Source: Scenedesmus sp. PABB004 (taxonomy: Eukaryota). Taken from it: a stretch of DNA of 64,000 bases. Below the pieces are notes generated by a model, which had not been told where the DNA came from, searched no databases, and saw nothing but the letters and a program-made list of their open reading frames with translations. Shown piece after piece: positions 30,011 to 38,413 of the stretch. The stretch is taken from NCBI GenBank assembly GCA_014905635.1, contig JABVCE010000004.1, forward strand, positions 496,001 to 560,000, written 5' to 3'. How positions within the stretch are numbered: position 1 is the first letter of the stretch; each line of letters begins with the position of its first letter. Position numbers and translations under genes: made by a program.

Positions 30011-30498
30011 TCACTGCTGCGCGGCGGCGCCGTGCACCGCAAAGTAGATGCTGCTGGCGGTGCCGCAGTGCGCAAACTTCATCGTCCTGCGAGGCGACGC
30101 TCGCGGCGGCGCGCGTCGGCCTGGGGCCGGCGCGCGCGCGGCGCCGCGCGCAGCACGGCGTTCGCCCCCGTGCGCAGCGCGGCGTGCCCAGGCCCCGTGC
30201 GCACCGCCGGTCGCCCATGACGAGCTGGTTGATGCCGGAGAGCATCACCTTCTGGTGCTGCTCGGGCAGCGGGCACGGGCAGCGTCGCGCGCGACGCCGA
30301 CCGCGGCGGCGCGTTGTGCGGGCGGTGTGGCGCCTAGGATCACGCCCCCGGGGTCAGGCGCACCTCCATGGGCACGCCCGTGGCGAGCTGGAGCTGGCGC
30401 TTGACCTCCAGCAGCGGCGTCGACGCCTCAAGGTCGAGCTCCACCGACTGGCCGCACGGCAGGCCCTGCGGGAGCAGCTGCACCTTGACCGGCGCCAT
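30011..30498 (-). CDS. Small (~88 aa) three-exon ubiquitin-like-fold protein without a C-terminal GG
   Basis: MAPVKVQLLPQGLPCGQSVELDLEASTPLLEVKRQLQLATGVPME|HQKVMLSGINQLVMGDRR|TMKFAHCGTASSIYFAVHGAAAQQ*. Junction phases are consistent, and the pattern matches ubiquitin LEV..SDT..VK..I....GIP..QQRL. Confidence 0.8.
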
Positions 30499-30804
30499 GG
30501 TGGGATCGTGGGGTTTGGATGTGGGGGCATCGCCAGAGCGAGCTGGGCGCGCTCTGGGGTCGAGCCGCGCTGCGCCGCAGCAGACCGCGCGCCTCGGTCC
30601 GTGAACCCCGTGAACTAAGCCGGCGGCGCCGGGTTCCCAAAACGTTGCTGCCGTGCCTGCAGGCGGGGCTCGAGGCGGTGCAGCACGCCAGGAACGCGCC
30701 GCACGAGCGCGCAGCAGCAGCAGCAGCGCATCGGCGCCGCGTCGCCCGCCGCCGCGGCCCGCCTGGGCGCTGCCCGGCCGCGGCATGCGGGCCGTGGCAC
30801 CAGC

Positions 30805-31639
30805 ATGCTGAGATACGCTCACGTGAACTCGTGAGGCCGCTGGGGGGCGCGCGCGCCGGGCAGCAGCGGCGGCCCGCCCGCCGGGCGCCGACCGCCGCCG
30901 CTGCCCCGCAGCGTCAGGGAGCACCACGGCCAGCCCATCTGGTGCGTCACCTTCAACCAGACGCCTCCCAACCAGGACCTCGTGGCCAGCGTCGGCGGGC
31001 AGCAGGCGCGCGGCACGGCGCGGCAGCAGCGGCCGCAGCGCTCGCGCGCCGGCGGCGGCCCGAGCCCCGCCCGCCGCGCGCGCAGGCCACCATCTACCGC
31101 GCGCACCCCGGCGGCGGGCTGGAGGTCCTGCAGGTGTACGTGGACGACGCCGAGCGCCGCCTCAACAGCAATGAGGTGCGGCCGCGGCCCGCGCCCGCGC
31201 CGCGCCGCGTCGCCCGCGCCGTGTCGCCGCGCCCGCGCACCGCGGCCGCCGCCGCCGCCGCCCAGAGCGCCGCACCACCGCCGCCGCCGCCGCCGCCGGG
31301 GCGCGCAGCCGGCCGAGGCGGAGAGCTTTTTCTGCTGCAAGTGGAGCCACGACGCGGCGAGCGGCGACCCGCTGCTCCTGCTCGCGGGGCGGCTCGCCAT
31401 CATTCGCGTGGTCAACTGCGCCGCCTGCACCGCGGTGGTGGTGCGCGCGGGAGCGCCGGCACCGGCGCCGCGCCGGCACTGCGCGCGCGCGCGCGCGCGC
31501 GCCGGGCCCGGGCGCGCGGGCGACGCCGCGTCGCGCACGCGGCGGCGGCGCCGCAGACGCTCAGGGGCCACGGCAAGGAGGTGGACGACCTGGCGGTGCA
31601 CCCCCACCACCCGCACCTGCTGCTCAGCGCCAGCAAGGT

Positions 31640-31683
<44 letters not shown>

Positions 31684-32062
31684 CCGCCGCACGCTCCCCG
31701 CGCGGCCGCGCCGCCCCCGCGGCGCGCGCGCACACATCACCCGTCGCCGGCGCGGCCGCAGCAGGACCACTCCATCCGGCTGTGGAACATCAACGCCGCC
31801 TGCTGCGTGCTGCTCATGCGCGGCCCGGGCGCGCACGTGGGGGAGGTCTTCACGCTGGTGCGCCCCGCACGACGCGGAGGGGGGGGGGGGCGCCCTCGGT
31901 CGCAGCACGCCCTGCGCCGACGGCGCGCCCCGCCGCCGCTGCGCCGCGCGCCGCGCGCAGGACTTCCACCCCTGGGACCCCTACCTCTTTGCCTCGGGCG
32001 CGATGGACCGCGCGGTCAAGATCTGGTCGCTGCGCGGTGCGCGGGGCAGCGGGGCGCTGCGC

Positions 32063-32111
<49 letters not shown>

Positions 32112-33900
32112 AGCGCTCGCGCGCGCCGCCGCGCGGGCCGGCCGCGCCCGCGGCGGCCCGCGGCGTGCCGCCGCCAGCACGCGCCGCGCGGCCGCGGCGG
32201 CGCAGAGCACTGGCAGGCCATCTCCGCCAGCGAGGAGCATGCGGCGGCAGACGGGGGCGAGCGCCGCAGCTTGCCGGTGCGCCAGGTCGCGCACCCGGTC
32301 TTTTCGTCCACGCAGGTGCGCCGGGGGCTGCGGCGCGGCGCCACGCTGGCCCGCGGGCGGGCGCCGCGGCAGCGCGCCCGGCGGCGGCGGCGGCGGCTGG
32401 GGGGCGGCCGTGGCGGCGGCGGGGCGCGGCGCGCACAGGCACGGGCCGCCGCGCCGCGCCATGCCCGCCCGCCCGTCCGCTGGCCCTGCCAGCTGCATCA
32501 TGACTACGTGGACTGCTGCCGCTGGCTGGGCGACCTGGTGCTGTCCAAGACGACAGACTTTAGCGTGAGCCGCCCGCGGCGCGGCACAGCCCCAGGCCCA
32601 CCGCGCTGCCGGCCGGCCGACGCGCGGCGCCCGCGCTGCCGGCGGCAGGTCGCGCTGTGGCGGCCGCTGTATTCGGACAGCCCGCTGGAGACGAGCAGCC
32701 GCTTCGAGCTGCTGCGGGTGCGGCAGCACGGCGGCGCTGCGCGGCGCGGCTGGCGCGGGGGCCCGCAGCCACGCGCGCGGGGCGCGCCGGCGCAGCAGGC
32801 GCGGCGACCGCCGCGGCCGCCACGGCCGCCGCGGCTGCTGGCGCTGCTGCAGGTGCTCAACATGCCCGGCAGCATCATGTGGTGGGCGCGGTTCAGCATC
32901 GACCCCATGGGCCGCCTGCTGGCGTGCGGCAACACCGAGGGCAAGACCTATGTGTGGGACCTGCAGGCCGCAAGGCACCGCGCGCTGCAGCCGCCGCCGT
33001 CGCACGCCAAGCAGAGCACCGTGGTGCGCGGCTGCCCGGCGACGTCCGCCGGCCCGCGGGGCCCTCGCCCGTGCGCGCTGACCGCCGGCCGCCGCGGCCG
33101 CGCAGATTCGCCAGACGGCGATGTCGATGGACGGCGGCACCGTCATCAGCGCCACGCAGGACGGCCACCTCTGGCGCTACGACCGGCAGGCGCCGGCAGA
33201 GCCGGCGCCGGGCTCGCAGCAGCGCAGCGGCGCGCCGCGCAGCAGCCGCGGGCCGCCCTCCGTGGCCGCGAGCGGCGTGCGCAGCAGCAGCGGGCACGGC
33301 GGCAGCGACGCGCACGGCGACGAGGACGACGGCGGGGAGGACGAGCGCGACGAGCGGGAGCAGCAGCGGCGGCAGTGGCGCCTGCCGCAGCGCGGCGGCA
33401 GGGCGGGCAGGGCGGCCGCCCAGGGCCGCTGGCGCCCGGGGCAGGCGAGCAGCAGCAGGGGGAGCGGCAGCAGCGGCGGTAGCGCTGCTGAACGAGTGGA
33501 GGGCAGCGAGCCGCAGCAGGCGAGCGAGCCGCAGACGCTGCAGCAAGAGTTGTCGCCGCAGCCGGCGGCGCCGCTGCAGCAGCCTCAGCAGCCTCAGCAG
33601 CCGCAGCAGCCGCAGCAGCCGCAGCAGCCTCAGCAGCCCCAGCAGCCGCAGCAGCCACCTGAGCCGCCACCCCGGCAGCCTCCCGACCCGCAGCTGGGCG
33701 CAGCGAGCGGCGGCCAGCCGCCGGCCGAGCACGGGCGCGGCGGGGCGGGCGTCGCGCTGCAGCACGCGGGCGCCGCGCTGCAGCACGGCCCCCCGGGGCC
33801 CGCCGGCGCTGCAGAGCAGCCGATCGAGGTCGATGACGACGACAACGGTGACGCGATGGAGGTTGACGGCGGCGACGACGTGATCGTCGTGAGCGACTGA
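30805..33900 (+). CDS. FIE: Polycomb PRC2 WD40 subunit FIE/EED/ESC with a long Q/P-rich and acidic C-terminal extension
   Basis: MLRYAHVNS|VREHHGQPIWCVTFN, LEVLQVYVD, ESFFCCKWS...DPLLLLAG...IIRVVN, GHGKEVDDL..HP..PHLLLSASK|DHSIRLWN, DFHP..FASGAMDRAVKIWSL, HHDYVDCCRWLGDLVLSK, WWARFS, LACGNTEGKTYVWDL and IRQTAMSMDG...DGHLWRYD. Confidence 0.95.
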
Positions 33901-34030
33901 GCGGTCTCCGCTCATGAGCGGGCGGCGAGGGTTGCGGAGGCTGGCATGCGGGCTGCCCTGCCCTGCACAGGGCGTCTGACGCCCGCGCGTTGAGAGCGTA
34001 ACCGCCGCCGCCGAGGCCCGCGGCAGCAGC

Positions 34031-34035
34031 TTACA
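34031..34035 (-). promoter_or_regulatory. Putative chlorophyte polyadenylation signal TGTAA for the cupin gene
   Basis: ttaca at 34031 on the + strand (TGTAA on -), about 280 nt past the cupin stop codon, in a relatively AT-richer 3' region. Confidence 0.55.
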
Positions 34036-34309
34036 CTGACACACATACACCCGCTGTCGAATAGGGGGACAGACGCCTGCGGCCTGCGCGCGCATGCGGC
34101 GCGGAGCGGCCTGGCGAGAAAAGGGTGGCCGCAGCAGCAAAACCCGGCAGCCCGTTGGAGAGCGGGGAGGAGCGGTTGAGACTGATGGTACACGCGCGCG
34201 CGAATGACGCCAGCACGACAGCAAAAACCCAACATGTCCAGCAGCACAGCATGCAAAACTCGCGCGCACGCGGGCACAGACGGCGCCCGCGCGGCTTGCC
34301 CCTCGTGGG

Positions 34310-35778
34310 CTAGCCGCCGCAGCCCGCAGCGCCCACGAGGCGCGCCAGCTCGGCGGGGTCCATCGCGCCCGCCACCGCGCCGCTGCGCACAAACTCGGCA
34401 AAGCCCTCGTTGGGCAGCATCATCTGCGGCGCAGGCGCGGCGGGAGCGTTGGCGGCGGTGGCGGGGCGGTGCGGGCGACCGGGCGCGGGCGCGCCGCGCG
34501 GCGGCGCGCGCCTGGAAGCAGAAGAGCCGGCCGGGGCCGGGGTTGTCGATGCCGTGCTCCACGCCCGGCGGGAAGATCGCGGCGTCGCCGGGGCCGAGGC
34601 GCGCGCGCGACGCGCCGCCCGGGCCGTGCACGGCCTCGCCCGTGCCGGCGAGAACAAAGAAGAGCTCGTGGGCGGAGCCGTGCACGTGGAGCGGCGTGAC
34701 GTGCCCCGGCTCGAAGCACTCGACGCCGATCGAGAGCGACACCGCGGGCGCGGCGTGGGGGCCGAAGAGCAGCGCGAGGCGGTTGGTCTGGTGCGGCAGC
34801 GTGAACGCGGCGACCTCGGAGAGGCTGCGCTTCAGCGCCGACAGGCGCTGCACCAGCGGGCACGCCGGCGCCGCGGCGGCGGCCGCGCCCGCCGCGGCGC
34901 CCGCCTGAGCCGCCGGCGGCGGCGCCGCGCCGGGCTGCCGCGGCGGCGCGCCCGGCTGCTGCTGCGGCTGCGGCTGCCCCGCCGCGCCGGCGAGCAGCTC
35001 GCACGCGCGCTGCTGGTCGACCACGCCGGCCACCGCGGTGCGGTGCCGCGCCCAGGGCAGCGCGGCCGCGACCGCCTCGCAGTGGCCTGCGTGGTGCGTG
35101 TCGAGCTCGCCCGAGAGCAGCTCGCTCGGCAGCAGCAGCTGCAGCATCACGAGCTGCTCCTGCTCCGCGCCCGCCGCCGCCCGCGGGCGCAGTGGCCAGG
35201 GGAAGGCGTGGCGCCACCAGGCGCCGCCGCCCGGGCCGCCGGCCGCGAGCAGCTCGGGCGGCGGCGGCCCCGCGGCGAAGGCCACGTCGCCGTGCGGCGC
35301 GAGCACGCTGTCGCCCGGGCCCACGCGCTGCGCGGCGCCGGTGCTGTCGCAGAAATAGCCGCTGCCAGAGAGGCAGTAGGCAAGCTCGACCAGCCCGGGC
35401 GCCGCGCCGCCCGCGGCGCGGGGCGGCGCGGCCCCGCTGGGCAGGGGGCGGCGCTGGTGCAGCGACACGGCGAACGGCAGCGCCGCCGCGTCCAGCAGCG
35501 GGATCACGGTGTGGTGGGCGTCCAGCTCCAGCAGCGGCCGGCCCTCCAGGGGCGCGACGATGCCCGCCGGCGCGGCGGCAGCGGCGGCAGCGGCGGCAGC
35601 AGCGGCGGCGCGCCTGCGGGAGCAGTTGCGGGTCCACGAGCGCTCGGCGCGGGCCCTGCACCGCACGTTCCATGCGCCGAGATGCTCACCTGGGCGTCGT
35701 GCCGGCGGCCCTCGAGCGCGGGGGGCTGGCGGAGGGCTGGCCGCGCCTGCATGGGCGCGCCCCCGCGCACGCCCGCAT
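34310..35778 (-). CDS. Bicupin (RmlC-like) protein, probably plastid-targeted; C-terminal cupin has an intact metal site
   Basis: ATG 35778 with a phase-consistent intron. Degenerate cupin 1 (VELAYCLSGSG...VGPGDSVLAP). Cupin 2 reads TNRLALLF...ECFEPGHVTPLHVHGSAHELFFVLAGTG...GDAAIFPPGVEHGIDN. Last exon MMLPNEGFAEFVRSG...*. Confidence 0.85.
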
Positions 35779-36078
35779 CGTGGCACGGAGCTAAGATCGG
35801 AGCTGTCTGGAGTCGTGGGCGGGGCGTGGACGCAGGCGCGGTGGCTGTGCGGGGCCGTGGCGCGCGCGGAGCAGCACTTGTGAAGTGCGCGAGCTCGGCC
35901 AGGGTGTCACACGGTGTGAGAGCCCTGAGAGGTCGCCGGAGTGCGCGGTGGCGGCGTGGGGCAGCGGCCACAGACCGCCGCGGCTCTGCGCCGCCGCGCT
36001 GCAGCGCGGGCAGCGCTGCGCGGCGGCAGCCAAGGCGTCGCGGGAGCCGCGGCGACGCCCACTCGCCCCTTCTGACAG

Positions 36079-36876
36079 ATGACGGCCGCCGACCCCGGCG
36101 TCACGGCACTGCTGCGCGAGCTGTTCGACGACAGCGACGACTCCGAGCAGCTGCCGCCGCCGCCGCCGATCCCGGGCCTCGCGCACGTGCCGCCGCCGCC
36201 GCCGATCCCGGGCCTCGCGCACGTGCCGGCATTCCTCGCCGCCGCGGCGCACGCGGAGCTGCTCGCGGCGGTGCGCGCCTGGCTGGGCGCGGGGGGAAGC
36301 AACCAGGGCATGGTGTTTGGCGCCGCCAACATGCCCCGGTGGCTCGCCCGCCTCGCGGCGTCGCTGCCGCTCCCTGCGCACTGGCCGGCGGCGCTCGCGG
36401 GGCGCGCGCCGGCGTTTGACACGGCGATCCTCAACAGCTACGCGCCCGGCGACGGCATCGCGCCGCACGTCGACCTGCTGCGCTTTGCGGACGGCCTGGC
36501 CGTGCTGAGCCTCGGCGGCCCCGCGGTCATGGAGTTTGCAGAGGCGCAGCAGGCGCCGGCAGCGGCGGCGCAGCAGGCGCAGCCAGGGCAGGGGCAGCCA
36601 GGGCAGCAGGGGTGGCCCGTTCCGCGGCGGCATCAGCTGCTGCTGCGAGGCGGCGACCTGTTGCTCCTCGCCGGGGAGGCGCGGTACCGGTGGACCCACG
36701 GCATCGCGTGCGTGGCCGAGGAGCGGCTCTGGTGCGCCGCCTGCCGAGCGGCGGCTGCGGCGGGGGCCGCGCCCGCCCGCGGCTGCGACGCGTGCGCGCG
36801 CGTGGTGCGCGGGCAGCGCTGCTCCGTCACGCTGCGGCGGCTGGACGCCGAGCGCGCGACGCTGGACGTGCAGTGA
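36079..36876 (+). CDS. AlkB-family 2-oxoglutarate/Fe(II) dioxygenase (ALKBH6/8-like), intronless
   Basis: IPGLAHVPAFL, FDTAILNSYAPGDGIAPHVD (HxD), LSLG, LLLLAGEARYRWTHGI (distal His) and RCSVTLR (RxxxxxR). Confidence 0.92.
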   Translation: MTAADPGVTALLRELFDDSDDSEQLPPPPPIPGLAHVPPPPPIPGLAHVPAFLAAAAHAELLAAVRAWLGAGGSNQGMVFGAANMPRWLARLAASLPLPAHWPAALAGRAPAFDTAILNSYAPGDGIAPHVDLLRFADGLAVLSLGGPAVMEFAEAQQAPAAAAQQAQPGQGQPGQQGWPVPRRHQLLLRGGDLLLLAGEARYRWTHGIACVAEERLWCAACRAAAAAGAAPARGCDACARVVRGQRCSVTLRRLDAERATLDVQ

Positions 36877-36920
36877 GCCGCGCGACGCTGGACGTGCAGT
36901 GAGCCGCGCGACGCTGGACG
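36850..36920 (+). repeat. Tandem 26-bp repeat spanning the AlkB stop codon
   Basis: cgcgcgacgctggacgtgcagtgagc repeated about 2.7 times, each full unit containing the TGA. Confidence 0.85.
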
Positions 36921-36972
36921 CGGCCTGTTACTTGCTCGCTCGAGCCTGGGCGGCGGCGTCACGCGCGCGAGC

Positions 36973-37994
36973 TCAGGCGCGCCGGCGCCACGGCAGCCGC
37001 GCCGCCAGCCACGCGGCCGCGCCGGCGCTGGCGCGCGCCGGCGTGTGCGCGCCGTGCAGCCCCACCCGCCGGCGCTGCGCCCGCTCCGCGGCCCTGCGGC
37101 GGCAGCGGCGATCGCGAGCGGCGGCGGCGCTCGTGGGCGGCGACCCTGCGCCGCTGGCCCGGCAGGCCCCGCGTGCGCGCCCAGCCGCCGCGCGCGCCTC
37201 ACCTCGCGTACGCGCGCGCCGCGCCGCGCCGCACGCCGAGCCAGTCCTGGTCGGCGGCGTCGCAGTCGGCCAGCTGTGCGAGCCCGTGCGCCAGCAGCGC
37301 CTGCGCGACGTCCCGCCGCCGCAGCTGCGGCAGGCCGCTGCGCGCCAGGCTGGCGGGCTGCTCGCTGCCGCTGCGCCCTGCCGCGGCAGCGGCCTTGGCC
37401 GCCGCGCGGAGCTGTGCGGGCAGGACACCGCGCACCCACAGCTCCGCCCACAGCACCGGCTCGCCCGGTGACGGCTGCTGCGCCTGCTGCTCCAGCTCCG
37501 CCAGCTGCCCGTCCTGCTGCGGGCCGTCGCCGTACGTGACCGCAAACACGCGCAGCGACTGCACGCGGCCGGGGGCGCGCAGCACGAGCTGCTCCCGCAG
37601 CAGGCGGACCGCGCACGGCGCGACACCCTGCACGCCTGCGTCGGGCGAGCGGCGAGCGAGCGGCGAGGGGTCGCGAGGGTGGCACGCGCACGCCCGGCGC
37701 CGGCCCGGCGGCGGCGGCGGCCGCGCTCTCACCGGCGATGCGCACGCGGAGCGCCGCGCCGTCGCCGCTCGCCGTCGACGGCCGGCCGCGCCACGCGGCC
37801 CACCACCGTGCCAGCGGTGGCGTGTGGCGGGCCGCGACCGACAGCCGCCCGCCAGCGCCGGCGTCCGCGGCCAAGTCCACCAGCGTCACGGGCAGGCGCA
37901 GCGCAGCGCGGCCCCAGAGCCCGCCGCCGTGCGCCACAGTCAGCCTGGCGGCGGCGGCGGAGTCGTGGCGGTTCCGCGGAGTGTGAGGGGCCAT
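36973..37994 (-). CDS. Staphylococcal-nuclease (TNase/OB-fold)-like protein, C3orf33-like, probably inactive
   Basis: HTPPLARWW...LRVRIA|GV, DVAQALLAHGLA and terminal AAERAQRRRVGLH mirror the SNase VRLxGI, DVNxxLVxxGLA and AExxARxxxxGLW motifs. The start codon is uncertain. Confidence 0.6.
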
Positions 37995-38413
37995 CGCCTG
38001 CCGCTGGTGTGAAGCCCCCCGCCCTGCACACACGCACGCACACACACACGAACGCCCGCAGCCAGGCCGTCGCACGAGAATAGCGCGCAGCAGCAGACGC
38101 GTCACGCCGCGCGATCGGGACCTGCCGCAGGCGTTCTAGGGCGACTCTCTAGACATCCCCGGGTGCGCACGCGCGGCGCCAGCGTGCCGGGGCCACCGCG
38201 CGCGCCGGGAGGGGACAGCGCGCCCGCGCAGGCCCGCCCCGCGCGCCGGACGCACCACAGCTGCCCATGCGCGGCGCCGTGACCTCGCGCGCGGCCCGAC
38301 GCCGGCCCTGGGCAGCGTGGCGGGGCGCGCGGGGCTGCGGTGGGGCCGGCGCCGCGGCGCCACCTCACTCGCCGCCGCGCCGCTGTCGCCGCCTCACTCC
38401 CGCAGGCGCCACC

